Assembly (NCBI GenBank): GCA_963727825.1
Contig: CAVSHO010000001.1
Span: 384,001-448,000 of the forward strand
DNA length: 64,000 bases
DNA from: Ignavibacteriota bacterium
Lineage (GTDB): Bacteria; Bacteroidota; Ignavibacteria; UBA10030
Direction of reading: 5' to 3'
Shown here piece after piece: positions 12,313-22,869 of this stretch (within the stretch, counting starts at the first letter, position 1; every line of letters begins with the position of its first letter). Made by a program: the position numbers and the translations under genes. The notes under the pieces are model-generated. The model worked only from the letters and a program-made list of their open reading frames with translations, was not told where the DNA came from and searched no databases.

Positions 12313-12810
12313 ATGGCTGGTGCAGATGTTGTTGAATCAAAATCGCATACTAAGGGCAAGAAGAAAAAAAAGCGAGCAGGAGTTCGCATAGATATGACGC
12401 CAATGGTGGACGTAGCGATGTTATTGCTCACCTTTTTTATGATGACAACGGTGTTCAGTAAACCGCAAACCATGGAATTGAATTTACCGCCTGATGAAAA
12501 AACGACGGTTGAGGTTCCTGCATCGGTTCTGCTAACGATAAGGGTAGCCCCGAATATGGAGATCTATTGGAGCATGGGAACTGAACCGACCGCATTAAAA
12601 AAGGTTGCGTTCAAAGAATTACGTCAATTGCTTATCGGTAAACTCCGAGATATTCCAAAACTCATTACACTTGTGCAGATCGACCGGGCGGCAAAATATA
12701 ACGATATGGTTGATATTATTGACGAGCTGAACCTTGCCAATATCACACGTTTCAGTATTGCGCCGATGACAGACAAAGACAAACAGCTTATTGCAAAAGT
12801 AGCAGGTTAG
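12313..12810 (+). CDS. exbD: Second ExbD/TolR biopolymer transport protein
   Basis: Same IDMTPMVDVAMLLLTFFM motif; AKYNDMVDIIDEL. Confidence 0.9.
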   Translation: MAGADVVESKSHTKGKKKKKRAGVRIDMTPMVDVAMLLLTFFMMTTVFSKPQTMELNLPPDEKTTVEVPASVLLTIRVAPNMEIYWSMGTEPTALKKVAFKELRQLLIGKLRDIPKLITLVQIDRAAKYNDMVDIIDELNLANITRFSIAPMTDKDKQLIAKVAG

Positions 12811-12818
12811 GAGATAAA

Positions 12819-13547
12819 ATGTCGCAAACAATAGCAGTACCTGTCCAATATGGTGCAGCCGAATTGAAAACGGTTGCCCAAAAATATATGATGTGGGGTC
12901 TTTTGGCGGGCATCCTTATCTGTTTCTCCGGAGTCGGCACGTATGATCTTGCCGTCTGGTTGAATGAAGATGAAGAACCTGTTCATATGGTCCGCATTAT
13001 GAAATATACAGATCTTGGACCTCCCCCGTCATTAACCAATCAAGCAACAGCTGCCGTTGCTGCTTCTGGGGCGGCAGTACGGCCAAGTGTCGGAATTCCA
13101 GTTCCAGTGCCTGATGCGGAAGTTAGCGCAGAGCAGACAATTGCAACACAAACAGAATTAAGTGCGGCAACTGCGCCTTCGGTCGATGCAAGTGGATCTG
13201 GTCCTGGCACTCGAATTGAGCAAGATTTGAAGATTGATGATGAGGCACCACCCCCAGATTTCGTTCCATACGAAAAGGAACCCACGGTTATCAAGCGAGT
13301 TGAACCGAAATATCCAGATCTCGCTTTACGTGCTGGCTTGGAAGGCAATGTGTACGTTAAAGTGTGGGTAGACAAAGAAGGAAAAGTACGTAAGGTTGTT
13401 CTTCTCAAGAGCGATGCTCCAATCTTTGAAGAAGCCGCAATTGGAGCTGCGAAGCAATGGGTATTTACCCCGGCAGTAATGCAGAAAGGTCCGGTTTCGG
13501 TTTGGGTTTCTATCCCGTTCCGATTTAGACTGACGGGAAATAAATAA
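12819..13547 (+). CDS. tonB: Energy transducer TonB
   Basis: N-terminal TM, Pro/Ala-rich linker, C-terminal PKYPDLALRAGLEGNVYVKVWVDKEGKV...WVFTPA TonB_C domain. Confidence 0.9.
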   Translation: MSQTIAVPVQYGAAELKTVAQKYMMWGLLAGILICFSGVGTYDLAVWLNEDEEPVHMVRIMKYTDLGPPPSLTNQATAAVAASGAAVRPSVGIPVPVPDAEVSAEQTIATQTELSAATAPSVDASGSGPGTRIEQDLKIDDEAPPPDFVPYEKEPTVIKRVEPKYPDLALRAGLEGNVYVKVWVDKEGKVRKVVLLKSDAPIFEEAAIGAAKQWVFTPAVMQKGPVSVWVSIPFRFRLTGNK

Positions 13548-13664
13548 CCATTTGATGATGCCGAAGCTGATGAGTGCAAGGAAACAGCACGTCCTGAAAA
13601 ATTGGGATGGACTGATACTTAGACTTATCAGCTTTGCACATTTATGAGGGTTGGATTATAAATA

Positions 13665-13883
13665 TTGTTGAAGCTTGCCAACATAACGACTTATTTAAAT
13701 TACACAGTCTCTATTATTACATTTGTATTTGGAATTATAATAGTTAGCGGCGTGGCATTTCCATATGTGCCGAATAAACTGCGAATAATGTTCGGCGTAG
13801 TACTAATGCTATGGGGAATTTATCGATTTGTTTTTACACGAGTCAAAATACGCCAACGAAACGAGGAAGATGAAGAAGCATGA
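13665..13883 (+). CDS. Small two-TM membrane protein
   Basis: 72 aa, two hydrophobic segments (FGVVLMLWGIYRF); its stop overlaps the next ATG (atga). Confidence 0.7.
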   Translation: MLKLANITTYLNYTVSIITFVFGIIIVSGVAFPYVPNKLRIMFGVVLMLWGIYRFVFTRVKIRQRNEEDEEA

Positions 13884-14782
13884 AGCGTGCGCTTCTTTCA
13901 ATGCTTTTTATTCTGATAGTAATAATCAGCGGATGCAAAAAACAAACCGAGACTGTAACATCTGGTCATCGTCTTTTGCTTGCCGCCGATCCGTATTTGC
14001 CATTGATACAGCAAGAAGTGGAACAATTTATAAGTCTCTATCCACAGGTGAAAATGGAGGTGCTTGGCGCGACAACACGTGAGGCAATCGTTTTATTATT
14101 AAATGACAGCGTTCACACAATTGTAATCGATCGGCAATTCAATGAAGAAGAAAAACAAGTTGCACAACAAGCATCTATTAGGCTTGTTGAGGATAAAATT
14201 GCTGAGGATGGTGTTGCGATAATCGTTCATAAAAAAAATCCAATTCCTAACATTACTACGGAATCGTTGCATCGTATAGTCACAAAAACGGCGATAGAAT
14301 GGGCACAAATTAAAGAATCTCGCTGGAGCGGACCTATCGATTTTATTCTAACCGGAAAAAACTCTGGTTTGTATGAGTTGCTTCAGAAACAGATTTTTCA
14401 AGGATCAAAGCCACCGGAACCAAATGCCGTGATGAATAGTCAACGTGAAGTGATTCAATACGTGTCTGAACATCCAAACTCCATTGGGTGTGTAGCTGCT
14501 TCGCTTCTGACGGATGAAAATACGAATGTTAAGATGGTGCCGGTTCTTACAAAATCTCCAGATGGGGGTGAGAAGGCGTATTTACCCAAGCAGCAGGAAA
14601 TTTACGAATCTCTTTACCCGTTCCATTATTCTTTGTATCTTTATAATGCTGAGGCCAAGGCAGCCGTTGGAATTGGTTTCAGTGCATTAGTACTTTCAAA
14701 TGTTGGGCAAAAGATTTTTCAGAGATCAGGCTTGGTGCCTGTTAATATTCCATATCGGACTATTCAGTTAAAAGCGGAGTAA
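13880..14782 (+). CDS. PstS-like (PBP_like_2) substrate-binding lipoprotein
   Basis: Lipobox-like ISGC; AEDGVAIIVHKKNP, EVIQYVSEHPNSIG, GQKIFQRSGLVP. Confidence 0.8.
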   Translation: MKRALLSMLFILIVIISGCKKQTETVTSGHRLLLAADPYLPLIQQEVEQFISLYPQVKMEVLGATTREAIVLLLNDSVHTIVIDRQFNEEEKQVAQQASIRLVEDKIAEDGVAIIVHKKNPIPNITTESLHRIVTKTAIEWAQIKESRWSGPIDFILTGKNSGLYELLQKQIFQGSKPPEPNAVMNSQREVIQYVSEHPNSIGCVAASLLTDENTNVKMVPVLTKSPDGGEKAYLPKQQEIYESLYPFHYSLYLYNAEAKAAVGIGFSALVLSNVGQKIFQRSGLVPVNIPYRTIQLKAE

Positions 14783-14789
14783 AACGAAA

Positions 14790-16499
14790 ATGAAGCATAT
14801 CCTTTTGATTGTTGCGGCGATCTTAATCGCCGCCACGACTACAGTCTTCGGTCAGCCACAACTTGATAAAGCTAAAGACCTGATGAAACAAAAAAAGTAT
14901 GATGAGGCAATTGCTGCCTGCCAAACCTATCTTCAATCAAGTGCGCGTGATGAAAATGGGTGGTTAGTTCTAGCAGAAGCTTATCAACAAACGCAAAAAC
15001 TCGACTCTGCGGAAATTGCAGCGAAGAAGACAATAGAATTGGAAGATGGGATGATGGAAGGATATACGATTCTCGGACAGATTCAACTTACGAAGAAAAA
15101 CGCTCAAGACGCCTATGCAACGGCAAAAACAGGGTTGAAGATGACGAAACGAAAAGCATCCAAGTACCCTCCTTTACTTGTTGTGTTAGGTCAAAGTCTA
15201 TTGGCATTAGATTCTGCTGATGCTGCGTTGGTTGCCTCCGGAGAAGCAAAGGAATTAGATCCGCAAAACGCGGCTGCGTACGAAGTTATGGGAGATGCAT
15301 ATCTAAAGCAAAAAGTTGTTCCCATGGCGATTAATAGTTATGAAAAGTCATTGGAAATTGATTCGCTCCAGCAGCGTGTATTGTACAAAATAGCTAATGC
15401 ACAAAAGAACGACCGACAATATACTAGAGCGGCTGAAGTTTATTTGCGTATTCTTACCCTCGATCCAAATAATGAGGCGGCTCGGCTTGAGCTTGCTGAT
15501 TTATTTTTTCGAGCAGGGCAATATGCAAATTGTGCAAAGGTTCTAAGAGAATACTTTAAGAACCAGAAAAATCCACCAAAAGAAATCCAATTGAAATTTT
15601 TGGAAGCACTATACAAGAGTAAACAATATAAAGAAGCTTCAGAAGTTGCAAAGGGATACCTGAAAATCGAACCAAAATCAGCGCTTGCGTATAGGGCAAT
15701 TGCCTATGGAAATCTTATCGATAAGCAATACGCACAGTCTGTTGAAGCATATAAAAAAATTGCGACAATGGATACGATGGAGTTTGATGATTATCGCTGG
15801 TTAGGAACTGCCTATAGACAAATAAAAAAGGATTCGCTAGCGGCGATGGCTTGGGAAGAAGCGCTCAAAGATACAACACAGACAATTACACTAAGGTCTT
15901 ATTTGTATGGCGAAGTGGGATCGATATGGATGACTTATAAACACTATGACCGTGCCGTAGAGTTTTTCCAAAAGCGAGTTCAGCTGGATACAATAGCTGT
16001 TGGCGCCTCGTTCAATTTAGCGACTTGTTTGATGCAGTTAGAAGAATATGAAAAGGCAGTATCAGTTTTACGAAAGGCAATTGCTCGGAATCCTAAATAC
16101 CCTCCGGCTTACATCAATATGGGTTTTTGTTATTTCCAGATGAAAGATTTCGATGCCGGGCGTAAGGAATTTGAAACGGCTATCAAAATTATTGATACCG
16201 CGGAATCTAAGTATCACTCTGAACTTGCCGATGCCAATCGCATGATTGCATTGGCAATGATGTTGGAAAAGAAAACAACTCCCGAGGCGTCTCAAAAGAA
16301 ATGGGAAGACGCCATTGTTTACTTAAGGAAATCAGTTAAGTACAAAGAAGATGTTGCCGAAACACACCTCCTTCTTGGACAATGTCTCCAGAATTTAAAT
16401 AAAAAGGAGGATGCTATAAAAGAATATAAACGAACGGTTCAGTTAGAGCCGAAGAATGAAGCGGCAAGAAAAGGCTTGAAAGATTTACAGCCCGAATAG
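14790..16499 (+). CDS. Exported TPR-repeat protein
   Basis: Signal peptide, then many TPRs (DPQNAAAYEVMGDAY, NPKYPPAYINMGFCY, ETHLLLGQCL). Confidence 0.85.
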   Translation: MKHILLIVAAILIAATTTVFGQPQLDKAKDLMKQKKYDEAIAACQTYLQSSARDENGWLVLAEAYQQTQKLDSAEIAAKKTIELEDGMMEGYTILGQIQLTKKNAQDAYATAKTGLKMTKRKASKYPPLLVVLGQSLLALDSADAALVASGEAKELDPQNAAAYEVMGDAYLKQKVVPMAINSYEKSLEIDSLQQRVLYKIANAQKNDRQYTRAAEVYLRILTLDPNNEAARLELADLFFRAGQYANCAKVLREYFKNQKNPPKEIQLKFLEALYKSKQYKEASEVAKGYLKIEPKSALAYRAIAYGNLIDKQYAQSVEAYKKIATMDTMEFDDYRWLGTAYRQIKKDSLAAMAWEEALKDTTQTITLRSYLYGEVGSIWMTYKHYDRAVEFFQKRVQLDTIAVGASFNLATCLMQLEEYEKAVSVLRKAIARNPKYPPAYINMGFCYFQMKDFDAGRKEFETAIKIIDTAESKYHSELADANRMIALAMMLEKKTTPEASQKKWEDAIVYLRKSVKYKEDVAETHLLLGQCLQNLNKKEDAIKEYKRTVQLEPKNEAARKGLKDLQPE

Positions 16500-16575
16500 A
16501 TATCGAATTACTATTTTAACAAATTTTCAATTAACAAATATTTCTTTCACACAGCTTTAACCGAAAGGAACCGCG

Positions 16576-17592
16576 ATGAATAAAAAAATCATCCTCTTCT
16601 TATTTACAGCATTTGCCATTTTGCCAGGCTGCAAAAATAATGCGGCTGTGGATATAAAAGAATGGGCACAATTTCAGGATCAATTCTTCAAAGTTTCGTT
16701 TAATTATCCTAAGGATTGGGTAGTCGTAACAGAATCGAAGAAAGTAACCATATCGTCTTCAGCCGAAGCGGCTGAGAAATTTTTTGACCACGATTCACGC
16801 AAACCCGATGGTATCCAGATTATTATCGCATCTGTGCGAAGTGATTCTATGCAGGATTATACCAAATACATCCAGGACTTCAAAAACAATAAGGTTGCTG
16901 AAGGATTCACTGTTAAAGAAATTGAAGATGCCACTATCGATGGGCTTGCTGCAAAAAAAGTAACTTATACTGGTGCGTATGATGAGAATACAAAAATCAA
17001 TGCGATATACGCTGCCACACTGAAAGATTCCACAATTTACTATGTGCAATATTCTGCCTTCAACAAAATGTTCGAACCGAATAAATTTGTTTTTGATTCG
17101 GTGATAGCGTCATTGTCGTTGCCTAAAAAAATTATTGTTGAAAAGGGTGTTGACCCTGCAATTCCAATTGCACAAACCGAACGGTATTCAGATAACTATC
17201 TCCAATTGGAACATCCTGCTAATTTTGGCGCGAGTGATGTTGCAAAGAAGGGAGATGTAATATCGGCAATAAGATTTATGGGAACTAATAAAGATTCGAG
17301 AAATGATTGTACAATTGATATTGATGTGAGGCCGGCAAAGAAGCTTTCGTTGGAGAAGGTAGTGGACCAGAATTCGAAATTCTTTAAGGCTTCATCCAAG
17401 GGAAATACGACAATTGGTGGAGAAAAAGCAATCTATTTAGATTACTCCCTTGTAAAAAACGTTGATAGCCGAGTCTATTTTATCGTCAAAAACGACAAAA
17501 TATTCCGCATTATCTTGAACTATTATTCCCCGATGAAGAAGGACTTCCTGCCTGCATTTGAGAAAGTCATTGCTTCCATTCGCTTTAAGTAG
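16576..17592 (+). CDS. Lipoprotein with two PsbP-like domains
   Basis: Lipobox LPGC; duplicated SFNYPKDW...TIDGLAA...FDSVIASL / EHPANF...TIGGEKA...FEKVIASIRF pattern. Confidence 0.65.
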   Translation: MNKKIILFLFTAFAILPGCKNNAAVDIKEWAQFQDQFFKVSFNYPKDWVVVTESKKVTISSSAEAAEKFFDHDSRKPDGIQIIIASVRSDSMQDYTKYIQDFKNNKVAEGFTVKEIEDATIDGLAAKKVTYTGAYDENTKINAIYAATLKDSTIYYVQYSAFNKMFEPNKFVFDSVIASLSLPKKIIVEKGVDPAIPIAQTERYSDNYLQLEHPANFGASDVAKKGDVISAIRFMGTNKDSRNDCTIDIDVRPAKKLSLEKVVDQNSKFFKASSKGNTTIGGEKAIYLDYSLVKNVDSRVYFIVKNDKIFRIILNYYSPMKKDFLPAFEKVIASIRFK

Positions 17593-17616
17593 TATTATTA
17601 TTCCCATCTTTTTGAT

Positions 17617-17651
17617 AAACCGAGGCTATTCAATGGCCTCGGTTTCCTTTT
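17617..17651 (+). terminator. Intrinsic terminator closing the exbB-tonB operon
   Basis: aaaccgaggc-N9-gcctcggttt stem followed by cctttt. Confidence 0.75.
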
Positions 17652-17672
17652 GTTAGACTCGGAAAATTAATT

Positions 17673-19701
17673 GTGAAAAAGCAAGTCATCAATGTGTCCT
17701 CGGAGAGCGGACTCATAGATGCAAAGAAAGTGAAGGTTGTTGTCATCACTACTGTTATGCTCTCCTTCATTTCCTATTGGAGAGCTTCTGCAATAGTTCT
17801 TTCGGACCTTGCATCCAGCGCTTATTATGCGCTTGGGATTGCTGAAAAAGCCGTCGGTCCATCAGCACCGTGGTTTGTTCTTTTCGTCATGCTATTTGCC
17901 TATGGTATCCGTGCAGTCTATATAGAATCGTCTAGTATGTTTGTTCGAGGTGGAGTGTACCGAGTTGTCCATGAAGCCCTTGGCGAGACAGCAGCAAAGT
18001 TCTCAGTTTCAGCCCTTCTCTTCGATTATCTTATTACAGCACCCATCAGTGCCGTATCAGCTGGATTATATATTGCTGGATTACTCAATGCGCTGTTGTA
18101 CTATGGCGGCGTGAACCTAGTTTTGAATGCGAATATAGTAGCTGTTGTAACTGCAGTTTCCGTACAATTTTATTTCTGGCGGAAAAACATTATCGGCATT
18201 GAAGAATCAAGCGAAAAAGCACTGCGAATTTTTCAGATTACCTCTGTTCTTGCTGGAGTTCTATTTATCTGGTCGGTGGCGACAATTTTTGTGCGCGGTG
18301 TACATCTGCCTCCTTTCTCTATCAAGCTATCAGATGACGCATTAGGATGGCTTCGACACGTCGATTGGTTGAAGTCGATTGGAGCAGTCGGTGTTCTTGT
18401 CGGCATGGGACATGCAATTCTTGCGGTAAGTGGTGAAGAAACACTAGCGCAAGTATACCGCGAAATTGAAGCTCCAAAATTGAAAAATCTAAAGCGTACA
18501 GGGATGATCATTTTCTTATTTGCGTTAATGTTTACAGGCGTGAACTCGCTTTTCGCCTCAATGATCGTACCTGAAGATGAACTATTAGGGGTCTACAATA
18601 ATAATGCATTGAGCGGACTTGCGATGCACTTGATTGGTCCACGGTCGTTTCTCCTGCTTCTGCAAGCATTCGTTGTTTTTACTGGCTTTCTTATTCTTGC
18701 TGGGGCAGTAAACACTGCGATTATTGGTGCCAATAGCGTACTTAATCGAGTTGCAGAAGATGGAGTGCTTCATGACTGGTTTCGAAGACCGCATCGACAG
18801 TACAGGTACGTCATATCGTATAATAAATATGCTTTGCATTCTCCAGATTAGTATCATCATTGTGAGTGGGGGTGATGTATTTCTACTGGGTGAAGCATAC
18901 GCGTTTGGTGTCATGTGGAGCTTTATTATGAAAGCGTATTCCATGATTGTTCTTCGCTATAAGGATTTGTCTCCACGTGAATGGAAAGTACCACCCAATA
19001 TAACAATCGCAAATGTGGAGATACCGATAGGACTTTGCTTGGTATTTATTATTCTATTAGGGCTTGGAGTTGTAAATCTTTTTACTAAACCGGTAGCGAC
19101 ACTGGGTGGAATTTCTTTCACGATCCTTCTGTACTTTGTATTTGGTATTTCAGAGCATATTAATAAAAAACATGCTTTTGGTAATGCTCACGAGTTGGAG
19201 AAGTTCAATATGTTTGCCCAGGATAATCTAACGGCTGATGCGATAGGATGCAAATATAAGCATAGGAAGTTGGTAGCTGTTCATGCAACAGAACAATTAA
19301 TGCATTTACGAAAATGTCTTACTGAAACCGATCCGGAAACCACAGATGTTATTGTGATGACTGCAAAAATTCTACGTGAGAGAGACCGACTAAACGGAGA
19401 TGCCAAAGCAATCGGATTACAGGAAGAGGAGCTTTTTTCTGAGGTTATTAAGATTGCGGAAAAAGAGGGCAAGCCGATCTTACCTATTGTTGTTCCAACA
19501 AACAACGTTTCATATGCTATAGCACATACTGCCGCACAAGTCGGTGCGCAAGAAGTGCTAATGGGCGCGCCAACAGCTTATCCAGCCGAATATCAAGTGG
19601 AACAATTTGCACTTTACTGGGGAATGGTAGAAGCGGATGCACGTCATCACATCGTTGTTCGTTCGGTAGGAACAAAGGCAGAACTTGTGGTTGAATTATA
19701 A
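17673..19701 (+). CDS. APC-family transporter (KimA-like) with C-terminal cytoplasmic USP-like domain, apparent +1 frameshift near 18804
   Basis: About 12 TMs; IVLSDLASSAYY, AVSGEETLAQ. ORFs 17673..18851 and 18724..19701 join (RRPHRQY-GTSYRIIN) if one base of tacaggt is removed; 675 aa. Confidence 0.8.
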
Positions 19702-19923
19702 TGTATTCAAGAATTTTCAATTGTATAATTGGGAGCAATTTAAAATAATTTATTCAACATATCATCTTCAGTGGCTGAGCTTTTTATTTTCTCCTTGGCT
19801 TCTTTCAAAAATCATTTCAACGGATTCTTTTATAAGCATTCACTTGCTTCTTGTAGGAAATCCTTTCTATCTTTATACATAGTAATTCGAACACTGTAAA
19901 GACATTTTTGGAAATTAATAGTA

Positions 19924-20850
19924 ATGCATACAGTTCTTCTTTGGGTTGGATTTAATATTTTTATTTTAGTTCTCCTGACCCTTGACTTGAAAGTGTTCAA
20001 TCGCAAGCCGCATGAAATTAGTATTAAAGAATCTTTAATGTTGAGCGGAGTGTGGATTGCTATATCGCTGCTTTTCAATATAGGAGTCTATTTTTGGTTT
20101 GGCCGCGAGTCCGCGCTTCAATTTTTTACAGGTTACTTGATTGAAAAATCTTTAAGTATTGATAATCTGTTCGTTTTCCTTCTTCTCTTCTCCTATTTTA
20201 AGGTGCCTGCAAAATACCAGCATGAAGTTCTATTTTGGGGAATTCTAGGTGCTCTGTTAATGCGCGGAGTACTGATTCTTCTCGGTGCTGCGTTAATTAC
20301 TCGATTCCATTGGATTTTGTATATCTTGGGATTATTTCTCGTCGTTACGGGAGTTAAGATGGCATTTCAGGATGGAAAAAAAGAAGTGCATCCGGAACGT
20401 AATATTGTTGTTCGATTATTTAAAAAATTCCTTCCTATTTTATCCGGTTACCATGAAGAAAAGTTCTTTGTGAAAACAAATGGGAAACGGTACGGTACAC
20501 TTTTGCTTGTTGTTTTAATAGTGATAGAAACAACGGATTTACTTTTTGCTGTTGATTCAATCCCGGCAATATTTGCTATTACACAAGATTCATTTATTAT
20601 CTACACTTCCAACGTATTTGCCATCCTTGGGCTACGATCTCTCTACTTTGCTCTTGCCGGCATTATGGATTTGTTCTACTACCTTCGGCACGGATTATCG
20701 GTCGTTCTGACATTCATCGGATTAAAGATGTTGTTAATGGGATATGTGAATATTCCTATCGGATTGGCACTAGGAATAGTGGGGACTATATTAATAATTG
20801 CAATTGCCGCTTCGGTTATTCGGGCGAGAATTCAAAAGAATAATTTGTAA
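19924..20850 (+). CDS. terC: TerC/Alx family integral membrane protein
   Basis: GYLIEKSLSIDNLFVF, IETTDLLFAVDSIPAI, SNVFAILGLRSLYF. Confidence 0.92.
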   Translation: MHTVLLWVGFNIFILVLLTLDLKVFNRKPHEISIKESLMLSGVWIAISLLFNIGVYFWFGRESALQFFTGYLIEKSLSIDNLFVFLLLFSYFKVPAKYQHEVLFWGILGALLMRGVLILLGAALITRFHWILYILGLFLVVTGVKMAFQDGKKEVHPERNIVVRLFKKFLPILSGYHEEKFFVKTNGKRYGTLLLVVLIVIETTDLLFAVDSIPAIFAITQDSFIIYTSNVFAILGLRSLYFALAGIMDLFYYLRHGLSVVLTFIGLKMLLMGYVNIPIGLALGIVGTILIIAIAASVIRARIQKNNL

Positions 20851-21043
20851 CAAATCCGGGTACTTTAATTAGTGACTCTACTAAACACATAAATGTACTT
20901 TCCCATCCATTACTTTGTTGCTGACACCGTTAACGAATTCAGCACCGCCCCAATTAACCGAATAATAAAAAAATATTATCGCTGTTATTTAAATTCGATA
21001 CTTAATTGAGTGCTCCGAAATGGTAAATGCTCTTCTGAAAACG

Positions 21044-21081
21044 AAAAAGGCATACAACCTTATGTGATGTACGCCTTTTTT
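21044..21081. terminator. Bidirectional intrinsic terminator between convergent terC and csp
   Basis: aaaaaggcataca...tgtacgcctttttt. Confidence 0.65.
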
Positions 21082-21126
21082 GATTCTACAACAGAGTGAT
21101 CATTCGCAAGAAATCAAACGATTCTC

Positions 21127-21327
21127 CTACACTTTAGAAACGTTCACTGCTTGCAGGCCCTTCGGCCCCGTCTGGACTTCGAACTGCACTTTGTCGCCAT
21201 CGTTCAGGGTCTTGTACCCATCGCCAACAATCGACTTGTAATGGACGAATACATCTTCGCCATTTGCGCGAGAAATAAATCCAAAACCTTTAGCGCCGTT
21301 GAACCACTTGACTGTTCCTTCTTCCAT
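21127..21327 (-). CDS. Cold-shock protein (CspA family)
   Basis: [15 protein letters not shown] (RNP1) and DVFVHY (RNP2); 66 aa. Confidence 0.96.
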   Translation of the reverse strand: MEEGTVKWFNGAKGFGFISRANGEDVFVHYKSIVGDGYKTLNDGDKVQFEVQTGPKGLQAVNVSKV

Positions 21328-21929
21328 GGAACAAATCCTTTCCTAAAAAGTTACCCCGATCAACCGTCGGGTCGGTGTACGCAGCCGTTACCGACTCTCG
21401 CGAAAAATATCAACGAACATTGTTGCCAATTGGTGGATGTTCGATGACAGCTTCTTACACTTAGGATGCAAAACTTTGTCCATCAAAAGATTATTGAAGC
21501 GATTTCCCTTATATATTATTGTATTCGGGAATTCTCACAAAGAAGCAAGTACGGTGTACTGTTACTTGGCATGCATATAATACAGATTGTTCGGATAAGT
21601 TCCAAGGGGAAAAACGACTGATATTTATTTTTGGTCGGTACATCCCCTTTGTCTTTCTGGAGATCAAATTCCTTTTTAGATGGTTTTCGCCATTTCCGTA
21701 CTTACCTCTTAAAGCCGTAGGTACAAAACTCATAACTAAATGGGATTTGGCATATTTACGAAATTATTATTATGTTTTTTTACGTTATTATTCAATTTTA
21801 ATGAGAGTTAGATTATGCTCTTTAAGCACATTTAAAGCGATAATATTTGGCTATTATTACGCTGTGCATTTTATTCGCCAAGTATAACACACGGGATTAT
21901 ATCAATCAGGTCTTAAAATAGGCAATAAA

Positions 21930-22817
21930 ATGACTCAAGATCCTCATCAAATACTTAAAAATATAAAGCCAACAAAGCCGTTTTTTGTAGGGATAGATTC
22001 CGACGGCTGTGTGTTCGATACTATGGAAATAAAACATAAGGAGTGCTTTTGTCCAAATTTCATTCGTTATTGGGAATTACAAAACATTTCAAATTATGTT
22101 CGTGATACTTGGGATTTTGTAAATTTGTATTCTCAGACGAGAGGATGTAACCGTTTCCATGCAGTTATAGAAACAATGCAACTTCTTGCAGAACGAAAAG
22201 AAGTGAAGGCATGTAATACAAAACTCCCGGATGTTACTCCTTTAGTTGAATGGATAAAGAAAGAAACAAAACTTGGTAATCCTGCACTGGAACGCTATGC
22301 AAAAGAAGTAAATAATCCAATAATTGACAGAGCCCTTGCATGGTCGAAAGCAGTCAACAAATCAATTAGTGAACTAGTTCATGGTATTCCTCCTTTTCCG
22401 TGGGTTCGTGAATCGCTTATTAAGTTTAATGAAAATGCTGATGTAATAGTTGTTTCTCAAACCCCACAAGAGGCGTTGGATCGTGAATGGATCGAACATA
22501 ATATCAACAAGTATGTTAGAATTATTTGCGGGCAAGAATATGGCACTAAGGCTAAACATATTCAATATGCTGCAAAAGGAAAGTATCCCTATGATAAAAT
22601 ATTGATGGTAGGCGATGCTCCAGGGGATATGAATGCGGCGAAATCAAACGGTGCACTGTTCTATCCAATCAATCCAGGGCATGAAGAGGATTCTTGGGAA
22701 CAATTATACAAAGAAGAAATCGATCGTTTTTTCGATGGTTCGTTTGCAGGCGAGCATGAGAAAAAGTTGATTGAAGAATTCAATAAGTGCCTACCGAAAA
22801 CGCCGAGCTGGGTATAA
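21930..22817 (+). CDS. HAD-superfamily hydrolase
   Basis: Motif I FVGIDSDGCVFDT, motif IV LMVGDAPGD. Confidence 0.85.
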   Translation: MTQDPHQILKNIKPTKPFFVGIDSDGCVFDTMEIKHKECFCPNFIRYWELQNISNYVRDTWDFVNLYSQTRGCNRFHAVIETMQLLAERKEVKACNTKLPDVTPLVEWIKKETKLGNPALERYAKEVNNPIIDRALAWSKAVNKSISELVHGIPPFPWVRESLIKFNENADVIVVSQTPQEALDREWIEHNINKYVRIICGQEYGTKAKHIQYAAKGKYPYDKILMVGDAPGDMNAAKSNGALFYPINPGHEEDSWEQLYKEEIDRFFDGSFAGEHEKKLIEEFNKCLPKTPSWV

Positions 22818-22869
22818 CGACTTGCATTATCTATGAGTTAGCTTTGCTTTAATTATTGTGATGTTAATC

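Noticed and set aside
13566-13590. Hammerhead ribozyme core (ctgatgag...gaaac)
   Set aside because: CUGAUGA is present, but GAAA lies inside the loop of the gtgc/gcac stem rather than after a closed stem II, so the hammerhead topology is not met.
19702-19923. yybP-ykoY (Mn2+) riboswitch upstream of terC
   Set aside because: Region is very AT-rich with no recognisable conserved stems or motifs.
21519-21887. 122-aa ORF between csp and the HAD gene, plus many antisense ORFs in the track (e.g. 7346..7975, 13040..13579, 52607..53149) and overlapping ORF 61290..61625
   Set aside because: No recognisable domains or RBS; they are shadows of well-supported genes or AT-rich intergenic noise.
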